Shown here: positions 39,352-48,424 of the stretch, in pieces
How positions within the stretch are numbered: position 1 is the stretch's first letter
Layout: each line of letters begins with the position of its first letter
Sequence record: DRR378314_1079
Length of the DNA stretch: 64,000 bases
Strand: one strand, 5' to 3'
Made by a program: the position numbers and the translations under genes
The notes under the pieces: generated by a model
Told to the model about the DNA's origin: nothing
The model's database searches: none
What the model saw: the letters and a program-made list of their open reading frames with translations, nothing else

Positions 39352-40770
39352 ATGACTGAAAGAGCGGATGACCGTGTAAAGGTGATCGTTCCCTGCGGTT
39401 CGTTGGGGGCGGGTGTGCGCGAAGAGGAGCTTGAGTTCGGTCTGGCGCGGGGCGCACAGGCAATCGCGACTGATGCGGGCTCTACGGATAGTGGCGCTGC
39501 CTATCTTGCCCTTGGCAAATCGAAGAACAATCGGGGAGCGGTCAAGCGGGATATGACGCTGCTGATGAAGGCACAGGTTCGCCATGGAATCCCGATTATT
39601 GTGGGCACCAGTGGCCAGGCCGGTGGCGATCTCAACCTCAACTGGACGCGAGACATCGTCCTGGAAATCGCGGAAGAGCTGGGAGTGTCTCCCAGGATCA
39701 CGCTTATCTACAGTGAACAGGACAAAGCCAGGGTGAAAGGCCTGAATGCAGAAGGCCGCATCCGACCGCTGCCGCCGCTTGGCGCGTTGGAAGACAGTAC
39801 GATCGATTCTTGTGATCACATCGTGGCGGCCATGGGGGTGGAACCGTTCCTGGCAGCTCTCGAAGCCGGGGCGGAAATAATCCTGGCAGGAAGGGCAACG
39901 GATACCGCCGTGCTTGCCTCTTACCCCATCTGGAAGGGAATGCCGTGGGGGCCCTCCTGGCATGCCGGGAAAATCGGTGAATGCGGTGTGCAGTGTTCCG
40001 CGAACCCGACACTCGGCTCCGGGATTCTGCTGACCGTGGATGCGGAGGGCTTTCAGGTGGAGCCGTTAAGCGAGAACAATCGCTGTACACGCCATAGTGT
40101 CTCCGCCCACATGCTCTACGAGAATACGGATCCCTTCTATTTGATTGAGCCCGGCGGAATCCTGAATGTGTCCGACGCACGCTACCTGCAGATCAATGAG
40201 CGGACGGTGCGCGTCGTCAATTCACGCTGGGACCCGATGCCCTACACGTTGAAGCTGGAAGGGGCCGGCGGTGGCCTGTATCAGACGCTGATGATGGTCG
40301 GCATCCAGGACCCGGATGTTCTCAATGACATTGACGGTTTTCATGATCGCTTATTGGCAGCCCTTTACGAGCGCACGCGTAAGTGTATTCCGCCCGAGGA
40401 GCTTGGGGAGTTCCATATTTCCCTGCGTATGTACGGGTGGAATGCTGTGAGCGGTGTTGCCCCTTCGAAGGGAACATCGCCGCCTCCTGAAATCGGCGTT
40501 CTGTTTGTCGCAACTGCCGAGACGCAGGACCTCGCGAACACCATCGCCCATGCGTGCAATCCCTATTTCTTCCACTACCCGAATGTCATGGATAAGGAGT
40601 TGCCATCCTACGGTTTCCCGTTCTCGCCCGCGGACATACCCCGGGGGCAGGTCTATGAATTCAAGCTCAACCATGTCGTCGAGCTTGAGGACCCCATGGA
40701 GCTCGTGCGAACGCATTGGATTAATTTTCAGGACGCAGTCTTTTCAGATAAGGAGGTTAACAATGCCTAA
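39352..40770 (+). CDS. Acyclic terpene utilization AtuA-like (DUF1446) protein
   Basis: P.GSLGAG, DAGSTDSG..YL..G, ILAGRATDTA, WHAGKIGECG, HMLYENTDPF...PGG; RBS GGAGG. Confidence 0.8.
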   Translation: MTERADDRVKVIVPCGSLGAGVREEELEFGLARGAQAIATDAGSTDSGAAYLALGKSKNNRGAVKRDMTLLMKAQVRHGIPIIVGTSGQAGGDLNLNWTRDIVLEIAEELGVSPRITLIYSEQDKARVKGLNAEGRIRPLPPLGALEDSTIDSCDHIVAAMGVEPFLAALEAGAEIILAGRATDTAVLASYPIWKGMPWGPSWHAGKIGECGVQCSANPTLGSGILLTVDAEGFQVEPLSENNRCTRHSVSAHMLYENTDPFYLIEPGGILNVSDARYLQINERTVRVVNSRWDPMPYTLKLEGAGGGLYQTLMMVGIQDPDVLNDIDGFHDRLLAALYERTRKCIPPEELGEFHISLRMYGWNAVSGVAPSKGTSPPPEIGVLFVATAETQDLANTIAHACNPYFFHYPNVMDKELPSYGFPFSPADIPRGQVYEFKLNHVVELEDPMELVRTHWINFQDAVFSDKEVNNA

Positions 40771-41071
40771 GCTACGGGATGTCTGTCGGCACGTCCGCTC
40801 CAAGCAAGCGGGGCCTTTCTGGATCACCTACGACATATTTTTTGACGGGCGTGAAAACTTTGACCGTTACCACGACAGCCCCTCATTGGCGCCGGAACAG
40901 TTTGCAAGGATCTATGGCGCTGATGCCTCCCTGGTAAAGCGTGTTTCGGTTCCCGACCTTGAGATGGTGAAGGTTTCCCACCCGCGACCGATGCCGCAGG
41001 GCGGAATGGTCGAACGCGATATGCATGCCGGCCAGCAGTACGTTCGGCTGCTTGATGTTGCAATGGAGTAA
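40763..41071 (+). CDS. DUF4387-family small protein
   Basis: 102 aa, VRSKQAGPFWITYDIFF and ERDMHAGQQY; RBS AAGGAGG; overlaps the AtuA-like stop codon. Confidence 0.82.
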   Translation: MPKLRDVCRHVRSKQAGPFWITYDIFFDGRENFDRYHDSPSLAPEQFARIYGADASLVKRVSVPDLEMVKVSHPRPMPQGGMVERDMHAGQQYVRLLDVAME

Positions 41072-41134
41072 TCACGCATCAGGTCGTGATGCTCACGATC
41101 TGTCGTTCATATTTTCGTCACAACGGAGGCTGCC

Positions 41135-42511
41135 TTGACTGATATCAATCTGGCTCACCGGCTCGCGGAATACGCCGGTAACTTCGCTACCTCAGGTTTA
41201 CCCGAGGAGGTTGTTCGCTGTGCCAAAAGGCGTTTCCTGGACAGTTTGGCATGCACCCTCGGGGCGTATGGAACCAGGCCGGTGGAAGCGGCAATCGCGC
41301 TGGCCGCTACAGTGCCGGTGCCGGCGTCGGGTGTGTTTGGCACCACCTTGAGGACAAGCCCCGAACTGGCGGCCTTTGCCAACGGTACGATGGTGCGCGT
41401 TCTGGATTACAACGACGGTTACATGGGGCTCGAACCTGGGCACCCGAGCGACAACATTCCTGCATGTCTCGCTCTTGCTGAAGCGGAGGGTGCATCGGGT
41501 AGGGAGCTCATAGAGGCTGTGGTATTGGCCTATGAGGTGCAAATCAGGCTCCAGGATGCCGCCAGCCTGAACAGGCGTGGTTGGGACCATGTGAATTACA
41601 TCAACGTATCCGTCGCTGTAGCCGCTGCGCGACTGTTGAAACTGAATGTGTCGCAGACGGAGCAGGCGATCAATATAGCGCTTGGCGGGCACCTGGCCTT
41701 GCGGCAGGTCCGCTCCGGGGCGCTGTCGGACTGGAAAGGCTGCTCCGCCGCGAACGCGGCGCGCAATGCCGTATTTTCTGCCTTACTGGCACGTCAAGGA
41801 ATGACCGGGCCGGCTCCCATCTTCGAGGGGAGTATGGGGTTCTTCGCGCAGGTTTCCGGTGAGTTTGATCTCGACACGGCCACCTTCGCGAATTTCCATA
41901 ATGGTGACTATGCAATCCTGCGCTCGCTCACCAAAACATTCCCTACCAATGGCGAACTGCACACCGCGGTTTGGGCAGCTATCGAGTTGGGCCTTCAGAT
42001 CACCGACCTAGACACGGTTGCAGCCATTCATATTGAGACATCGGAATTCAACAAGCGGGTGTTAGCGGACACCCCTGAGAAATGGCGGCCTCAAACCCGG
42101 GAGACGGCAGACCATAGCCTGCCTTACAACGTGGCCAGAGCACTGCTGGATCACGATATCGGTCTTGACTCCTACACCCCGGGAAAAATCGCCGATCCGA
42201 CCGTCATTGCTTTGATGGACAAGACGACTGTCGATGAGGACGACGACCTGACTGGTCTCTTCCCCGGGCATCTGGCAAACAGGGTAACCATTCGACTCAC
42301 CACCGGGGAAACGCTCGTCAGTGAAAAAATCACCGGCCCCGGCTCCGTCGAAACGCCCATGACAGATAGTGACTTCGAACGGAAGTTTCGCCGCATGGCC
42401 GCTCCCCACATTGATCACTTGGCTCAGGAGGATGTGCTGGCGTTCGTGGCCAATCTGGAGCTACAAACCGACTTCGCGTCTTTGTTCGCAGGCATGGCTG
42501 CGAAAAACTGA
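41135..42511 (+). CDS. MmgE/PrpD family protein (2-methylcitrate dehydratase-like)
   Basis: AFANG.MVR.LDYND, GHPSDNI, GWDH, R.G.LSDWKG, RETADHSLPY. Confidence 0.9.
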   Translation: MTDINLAHRLAEYAGNFATSGLPEEVVRCAKRRFLDSLACTLGAYGTRPVEAAIALAATVPVPASGVFGTTLRTSPELAAFANGTMVRVLDYNDGYMGLEPGHPSDNIPACLALAEAEGASGRELIEAVVLAYEVQIRLQDAASLNRRGWDHVNYINVSVAVAAARLLKLNVSQTEQAINIALGGHLALRQVRSGALSDWKGCSAANAARNAVFSALLARQGMTGPAPIFEGSMGFFAQVSGEFDLDTATFANFHNGDYAILRSLTKTFPTNGELHTAVWAAIELGLQITDLDTVAAIHIETSEFNKRVLADTPEKWRPQTRETADHSLPYNVARALLDHDIGLDSYTPGKIADPTVIALMDKTTVDEDDDLTGLFPGHLANRVTIRLTTGETLVSEKITGPGSVETPMTDSDFERKFRRMAAPHIDHLAQEDVLAFVANLELQTDFASLFAGMAAKN

Positions 42512-42524
42512 TAGGGAATAGAAA

Positions 42525-43820
42525 ATGCCGACTTTTGCACGCCTCTATCACCAATTCGGGGTTCCCCTGGCGGTTCTGATGGTGGGAATCATGACTGCCT
42601 ATATGGCGCTTCCGCAAAAGGCTGTCGCCGGTAGCCAGCTTCCTGTCGGGCCCGAGGCCGGAGATAGGAAGTTGTCGCCTTTCTATCGCTGGTCTACGTC
42701 CTTGCCAGGGGTGCCCGGTACGCTGTTGAAAAAAGAGCCGTTGTCCCTTCAGGACACCATGGACGCCGCAGGCAAGGCATTCCGGCTCTTGCATACCTCA
42801 ACGGATGCCCGTTGGCGCTCCGGGCAAGTGCCGGTCAGCGGTACATTGTTCATTCCGAAAGGACGCCCTCCTGAGGGCGGCTGGCCGCTCGTGGCCTGGG
42901 GGCACGGCACACTTGGCATTGCAGATGTCTGTGCGCCCTCCTGGACCGGGTTTCGCGCGCGGGACGCAATGTACATGAATCGCTGGCTCAACGCCGGATT
43001 CGCAGTCGTCGCAACGGATTACCAGGGGCTGGGCGGGCACGGCCCCCATCCTTACCTTTACTGGCAGGCGGAAGGTCGCTCTGTTCTGGATTCGGCCCGG
43101 GCGGCTCTGGCCGCCAGCGAAGGGCTGGTTTCAAACCAAGTAATGCTGGCAGGGCAATCCCAGGGGGCTGGAGCGGCTTTGGGCGCAGCAATCCTGTCGG
43201 AATCCTATGCACCTGACCTCCATGTTCTCGGTGTGGTCTCCACCGGCATTAACAGCACCTTTCCGGAGGGCCCGGTTTCACTCCCTGTCCGGAACTCCCC
43301 CAATATGTTCCTGAGTTTCGCGTCGGGCGGGTTAAAAGACGACGGTGCGCGTATTGAAGAAATTGTCAACGCCAAGGGCAGGCAGGTGCTCGACATGGCA
43401 CGCAGCGCCTGTACCGCGGAGATTGGAAAGCTGGCCCATGAACTGGGCATCCGGGAACTGGCCCAGGCGTTCACCGTCTCGCTGGAAGAGCTGCAGGAGA
43501 TGCGTATTCCGGTCACGGATATGCCTATGGCCTCGGTGGACACGCCAATCCTGATTGGCACTGGCCTGGCCGACGCCACGATTGTACCAATGCGACAGTT
43601 TGCGGCGGTATCCGCGCTGTGTGCCGCCGGCAACAAGGTCACCTGGCACCGTTACGAAGGTTTGGGCCACGACGGTGCAATGCATGGCTCGTTCGATGCA
43701 TCCCTTGCCTTTGCCCGTGCCATGCTGGCAGGCGCGGACGTAGGCTCCAACTGCCCTGAGATCGCCCCGCCAGGGCCTCCGGGTGAGTTGAAGGACGGCA
43801 TTCCCTTTAACGATGACTAG
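42525..43820 (+). CDS. Exported lipase/esterase (secretory lipase-like)
   Basis: Signal peptide, GGWPLVAWGHGT.G...CAPS, ATDYQGLG, GQSQG, D in GLADA, GHDG. Confidence 0.85.
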   Translation: MPTFARLYHQFGVPLAVLMVGIMTAYMALPQKAVAGSQLPVGPEAGDRKLSPFYRWSTSLPGVPGTLLKKEPLSLQDTMDAAGKAFRLLHTSTDARWRSGQVPVSGTLFIPKGRPPEGGWPLVAWGHGTLGIADVCAPSWTGFRARDAMYMNRWLNAGFAVVATDYQGLGGHGPHPYLYWQAEGRSVLDSARAALAASEGLVSNQVMLAGQSQGAGAALGAAILSESYAPDLHVLGVVSTGINSTFPEGPVSLPVRNSPNMFLSFASGGLKDDGARIEEIVNAKGRQVLDMARSACTAEIGKLAHELGIRELAQAFTVSLEELQEMRIPVTDMPMASVDTPILIGTGLADATIVPMRQFAAVSALCAAGNKVTWHRYEGLGHDGAMHGSFDASLAFARAMLAGADVGSNCPEIAPPGPPGELKDGIPFNDD

Positions 43821-43835
43821 TTGGATTGATGAAAG

Positions 43836-45275
43836 ATGGGAAACGGTAAGACACTTTACGACAAGCACATTGATTCGCACACCGTATGCAAGCTGGATGA
43901 CGATGGGCATGTGCTCCTGTACATCGACCGCCAGGTATTGAACGAGTACACAAGCCCGCAGGCATTCACTGGCTTGCGGGAGAAGAAACGGACGGTGAGA
44001 ATGCCGGAGGCTGCGTTGGGGGTTGTCGATCATGTAAACCCGACATCACCGAACCGTATCCCGGCCATGTCCGACCCAGGCGGGGCGCGTCAGGTGTCCT
44101 ACTTTGGTGAGAACTGCCGGGATTTCGGCATAGAACTGTTCGGAGTAATGGACCGCCGTCAGGGGATCGAGCATGTCGTCGCCCCGGAGCAGGGTTTCAT
44201 CCTGCCGGGAATGGTGGTGGCCGCCGGCGACAGCCACACCACAACCTATGGCGCGCTTGGCGCCTTTGGTTTCGGTATTGGCACATCGGAAATCGAACAC
44301 CTTCTTGCAACCCAGACACTGGTGTACAAGCGCCTCAAGACCATGAGGGTACACGTTAAGGGCGAGTTGCCAGCGGGGGTGTCGTCGAAGGATATCATTA
44401 TGGGGCTCATCCGGCGTATTGGCGCCTCTGGTGCAACCGGGTACGCCATCGAATTCGCCGGCCCCGGTATAGAAGGGTTAAGCGTCGAGGCCCGAATGAC
44501 CATCTGCAATATGGCGGTTGAAGCGGGTGCGCGGGGGGCGTTTATGGCCCCCGACCAGAAAGTCTACGAGTATCTGGCCGGGCGACCGCGAGCTCCCAGG
44601 GGGGCGATGTTCGAGAAAGCGATGTCCTGCTGGGAAACCCTATACAGTGATCCGGAAGCGGAATTTGATGTTGATATCACCCTCGACAGCAGGGACCTGG
44701 CTCCAATGGTGACCTGGGGGACCAGCCCAGATCAGGCCGTCTTTATTGATGAGTCCGTTCCTGACCCCGAGGCACAATCCGACCCTGAACGCCGACGCGA
44801 CATGGAAAGGGCCCTGGCCTATATGGACCTGAAAGCGGGGCTGCCCATGACTGAGGTCAGGATTAGCCACGCTTTTATAGGCTCCTGCACAAACGCCCGA
44901 ATTGAGGACCTGCGCGCAGCCGCGTCGGTGGTAAGGAACCGACGCGTGGCAGAGGGGGTACGGGCAATGATTGTCCCCGGTTCCACAGCGGTTCGTGACG
45001 TGGCGGAAGAAGAGGGATTGGCGGAGATATTCAGGGCGGCGGGATTCGAGTGGCGCCAGTCCGGTTGTTCCATGTGCTTGGCGATGAATGATGACGTGCT
45101 GGCTCCTGGTGACCGCTGTGCATCCAGTACGAACCGCAATTTCGAGGGCCGACAGGGCGCCGGTGCACGCACCCATTTGATGAGCCCGGCCATGGTCGCC
45201 GCCGCGGCAATCACCGGCCACCTCACGGATGTCCGTTACCTTTCCGATAACAATACCATTGATGGAGGTCATTGA
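43836..45275 (+). CDS. leuC: 3-isopropylmalate dehydratase-like large subunit (aconitase family)
   Basis: TSPQAF, GIEHV, GDSHTTT, CNMAVE, [4Fe-4S] Cys in GSCTN and GCSMCLAMN, STNRNFEGRQG; no adjacent leuB, so probably not for leucine synthesis. Confidence 0.9.
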   Translation: MGNGKTLYDKHIDSHTVCKLDDDGHVLLYIDRQVLNEYTSPQAFTGLREKKRTVRMPEAALGVVDHVNPTSPNRIPAMSDPGGARQVSYFGENCRDFGIELFGVMDRRQGIEHVVAPEQGFILPGMVVAAGDSHTTTYGALGAFGFGIGTSEIEHLLATQTLVYKRLKTMRVHVKGELPAGVSSKDIIMGLIRRIGASGATGYAIEFAGPGIEGLSVEARMTICNMAVEAGARGAFMAPDQKVYEYLAGRPRAPRGAMFEKAMSCWETLYSDPEAEFDVDITLDSRDLAPMVTWGTSPDQAVFIDESVPDPEAQSDPERRRDMERALAYMDLKAGLPMTEVRISHAFIGSCTNARIEDLRAAASVVRNRRVAEGVRAMIVPGSTAVRDVAEEEGLAEIFRAAGFEWRQSGCSMCLAMNDDVLAPGDRCASSTNRNFEGRQGAGARTHLMSPAMVAAAAITGHLTDVRYLSDNNTIDGGH

Positions 45276-45886
45276 GTATGGAGCCTTTTATCTCCGTGAC
45301 CGGTGTTGCCGCACCCATGCTGGCGGCAAACATTGATACCGATGTCATCATGCCCAAGCAGTTCCTGAAAGGAATTGACCGAGCAGGCCTTGATCGAGGT
45401 GTGTTCCATGACTTGCGTTTTAACCGGGACGGGAGTGAAAACCCGGAATTCGTGTTGAATCGTCCCGATTGGCAGGGCGCGCGCTTCCTTGTCACCGGTC
45501 CGAATTTCGGGTGTGGGTCCAGTAGGGAGCATGCTGTCTGGGGGCTTCAACAATTGGGAATTCGTGGCTTGATCGGCACCACCTTTGCTGGAATCTTCGA
45601 CGACAACTGCCAGAGAAACGGAATCCTTACCATCTGTCTTGACCCGGTGTCTCACAGGATCCTGGCGGATATCATCTCGAGCCCCGGTAACAATTTGATA
45701 ACGATTGATCTAGAGGGACAGGTCGTAAACACAGAAGTGGCCGGACCTATAAAATTTTGTATCGAGCCCCTCCGGCGTGAATCTCTTATGCGGGGGTTGG
45801 ACGCCATTGCGCGAACCTTGGGGAAAGAGTCCCTGATAGAGCAATTCGAGGATAGTCATTTTGCCGATAAGCCTTGGCTTAGGTAA
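45272..45886 (+). CDS. leuD: 3-isopropylmalate dehydratase-like small subunit
   Basis: NIDTDVI.PKQFLK, NFGCGSSREHAVW, FAGIF..NC..NG. Confidence 0.9.
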   Translation: MSMEPFISVTGVAAPMLAANIDTDVIMPKQFLKGIDRAGLDRGVFHDLRFNRDGSENPEFVLNRPDWQGARFLVTGPNFGCGSSREHAVWGLQQLGIRGLIGTTFAGIFDDNCQRNGILTICLDPVSHRILADIISSPGNNLITIDLEGQVVNTEVAGPIKFCIEPLRRESLMRGLDAIARTLGKESLIEQFEDSHFADKPWLR

Positions 45887-45953
45887 CTCTCTTTGGCCTG
45901 TAAGGCTGTGACCAAATAATCCCAGCCTTACAAATGGCATATTCGTGGCGTTG

Positions 45954-46943
45954 CTAGAACTTGTACGACACACCAACCCCGACGAATGCCCCGTTTTCAT
46001 CAAAGAAAGTAATGGTCGAATCTGTCTCGCTATAGCCGGCCAGGGAAATGAAAGACCAGTTTTCCTGGCCAAACATGCCGCGATATTCATAGGAGAGGTT
46101 GGCTTTGTACGCCAAGCTATCCTGTTTTTCTCCGAATATAGGGTTCGGATCCTTGAATCCGGTATCCGACAGCCGGAAGGAGAGCCCTATACTGGACCTG
46201 TCAAACTGTCGGCCGTAAGTGAGGCCGGCAGAGTATCTGGTAAATGACATTGCATCGCCGTCGGCACGGAATCTCTGCATATAAATTGCTGGTTCAAGGA
46301 ACGAGCGGCGGTCGATTGCAAACCTTTGCTTTGCGCTGAGGAAGTACCCCTCGCCGTTGCGGTCAAGGAGTTGTTGCGAACGGCTGTCCAGAAGGCCTTG
46401 CCCGGACAGCTCCTCGTCAACGTCCTCATAATAATAGCCGAGCGAAAAGTCGATTCGAGAATTCAGCAGGTTGTCATAATCAAGCAGGAACGCATTGCCT
46501 GTCACCTCGGTCTCTTCTCGATGTTGATCAACCAGGTAGGGGTTTTCCCAGGTTTCGTCATCTACAACGGTTGGCATTACAGAGAGTTCGATCGAAGAGT
46601 CTTCACCAAATCGCAGGCCGGCCCCCAGCTTAAGGGCCAAAGCACCTACCACAATGTCGTCCCGGGACGTTCCTGCAAATACGGAATATTTACTGTCGAT
46701 GCCAAAGTTATACCGTATCTGTCCGAGGGGCAGGATGAAGGACTTTGAGTCGGACTCCGCCTCGGAATCGAGAGGCGACGATTTTCGATCGTTCTCTGTG
46801 TTGAAGTTGCTCCGTTTCTGGTTAAGGCCTGAAATTATGGCCATTTCTCCCTCAAACGTTCCTTCGGCAAGGCCGGGCGCAGAGTGCCCGATGGATATGA
46901 TAATCCCCAAACACTTGGCGTTAATAAAGCGTTTCATGGTCAA
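45954..46943 (-). CDS. Outer-membrane beta-barrel protein (DUF2860-like)
   Basis: Signal peptide, alternating beta strands, WENPYL...R.ET, NPIFG, terminal VSYKF. Confidence 0.65.
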   Translation of the reverse strand: MTMKRFINAKCLGIIISIGHSAPGLAEGTFEGEMAIISGLNQKRSNFNTENDRKSSPLDSEAESDSKSFILPLGQIRYNFGIDSKYSVFAGTSRDDIVVGALALKLGAGLRFGEDSSIELSVMPTVVDDETWENPYLVDQHREETEVTGNAFLLDYDNLLNSRIDFSLGYYYEDVDEELSGQGLLDSRSQQLLDRNGEGYFLSAKQRFAIDRRSFLEPAIYMQRFRADGDAMSFTRYSAGLTYGRQFDRSSIGLSFRLSDTGFKDPNPIFGEKQDSLAYKANLSYEYRGMFGQENWSFISLAGYSETDSTITFFDENGAFVGVGVSYKF

Positions 46944-47090
46944 GTACGACTCCCTTGCTGGTCAAATCAGTAGCGAAAGTATGTGTTTTGAGACGGGAAT
47001 TATTCTGGCGGAATGTTCTTGCATTTGGGTCTCGCGGCGAGTGCCCTTAATCTCGCGCTGTTGGCTATACTAATCGGTCCAAGGATATCG

Positions 47091-47115
47091 GTAAACATTG
47101 ATATAAAGCGTCAAT
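47091..47115. promoter_or_regulatory. Putative operator GTAAACATTGA-N9-TCAAT
   Basis: GTAAACATTGA-tataaagcg-TCAAT between the divergent OMP and dehydrogenase genes. Confidence 0.7.
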
Positions 47116-47173
47116 ATATATGTTTTTTAAGTAAGCTGTTAGGATGGAACGGAAATGCTTAGGAGAGCCGTTC

Positions 47174-48148
47174 ATGAAGAAAAAGGTGTTGGTTTACAGT
47201 CGTGTAACACCGGATATGACCAGGGTATTCGAGGACAGTTACGATTTTATTTTTATCGATGGGAAATCCGCTGATTTTGAGACAGAGCTGAAAAGCAGGC
47301 TAGGGGAGGTGCATGGAATTGTTGGCGCAAATGTATCGCTGGACAGCAGTTTACTGGATGAGGCGCCGAACCTGGAGGCGGTATCCACTGTATCGGTTGG
47401 CTATGACAAGTACGACCTGGATTATCTGAACAGGCGGGGGATTCCCCTAACAAATACTCCGGATATTCTAACGGAGACCACCGCCGACCTGGCATTCACA
47501 TTGCTCATGTGCTGTGCGCGGCGGGTTGTCGAGCTTGATAATTGGACAAAAGGTGGCGCGTGGAACCGAATTATCGATGAATCGAAGTTTGGGGTCGATA
47601 TTCATCGCAAAAGAATTGGAATCATCGGAATGGGGCGAATAGGAGCGGCGATTGCCCGTCGAGCGCACTTCGGTTTTGGCATGGAGGTTCTGTATTGCGG
47701 TCGGGAGAAAAAAGCCACCATAGAAGAGGAGGTTGGGGCGAAATACCGGAGCTTCAAACAGCTCATCTCCGAATCGGACTTTATTTTACCAGTGGTTCCA
47801 CTCAACCGGGATACACGTGGCTTGATAGGTGAAGCCGAGTTCGAATTGATGAAGGCGAGCGCGATACTTGTGAATGTATCCCGTGGGGCGATCATCGATG
47901 AGGCGGCGCTTGTAGACGCCCTGGGGAAAAAGCGGATTTTCGCGGCCGGGCTGGATGTATATCATAATGAGCCTCTTCAAGATTCACCGCTTTTCGGGTT
48001 AGATAATGTGACCACCCTTCCGCATATCGGCTCAGCTACCGGGGAGACCAGGGAGGCAATGGCGGTGTATGCCTTGGAGAGCCTGATTGCTGTCCTTGAA
48101 GGTAAGGTTCCGGAGAATATAGTTAATTCTCCCGAGTCAAATAGCTAA
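47174..48148 (+). CDS. D-2-hydroxyacid dehydrogenase (GhrB/2-ketogluconate reductase-like)
   Basis: SVGYD, NTPDILTETTAD, GMGRIG, NVSRG, GLDVY..EP, PHIGSAT; RBS AGGAG. Confidence 0.92.
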   Translation: MKKKVLVYSRVTPDMTRVFEDSYDFIFIDGKSADFETELKSRLGEVHGIVGANVSLDSSLLDEAPNLEAVSTVSVGYDKYDLDYLNRRGIPLTNTPDILTETTADLAFTLLMCCARRVVELDNWTKGGAWNRIIDESKFGVDIHRKRIGIIGMGRIGAAIARRAHFGFGMEVLYCGREKKATIEEEVGAKYRSFKQLISESDFILPVVPLNRDTRGLIGEAEFELMKASAILVNVSRGAIIDEAALVDALGKKRIFAAGLDVYHNEPLQDSPLFGLDNVTTLPHIGSATGETREAMAVYALESLIAVLEGKVPENIVNSPESNS

Positions 48149-48169
48149 TCCTTGGGTGACTATCCATTA

Positions 48170-48424
48170 CTAAGCCAGACAGATGCGATACCGGATAACC
48201 CCGGCATCCTCTTCCCGGACCCACTCGATTCGATGCCCGGTCAGTTCACACAGTGTCTGTAAATCCCGGCGGCCACTGGGATCGTCGGCCAGGAAATCAA
48301 CCTGCGTGCCGCTGGGCAGGCCCTGAGTGCGTTTCTTGAAACGCAGGATCGGCAGGGGGCACACCAAACCGACGGCATCGATCTGGTATACGTCTGCCTC
48401 CCGCAGTCGTGATTGTTCAGTCAA
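48170..48424 (-). CDS. TusA/SirA-family sulfur carrier
   Basis: IDAVGLVCPLP (CPxP motif), ADDP; TTG 48424 overlaps the upstream stop codon. Confidence 0.8.
   Translation of the reverse strand: MTEQSRLREADVYQIDAVGLVCPLPILRFKKRTQGLPSGTQVDFLADDPSGRRDLQTLCELTGHRIEWVREEDAGVIRYRICLA

Noticed and set aside
43836-45886. Leucine biosynthesis operon
   Set aside because: No leuA/leuB or attenuator leader; the genes are embedded in a catabolic operon. The symbols indicate family only.
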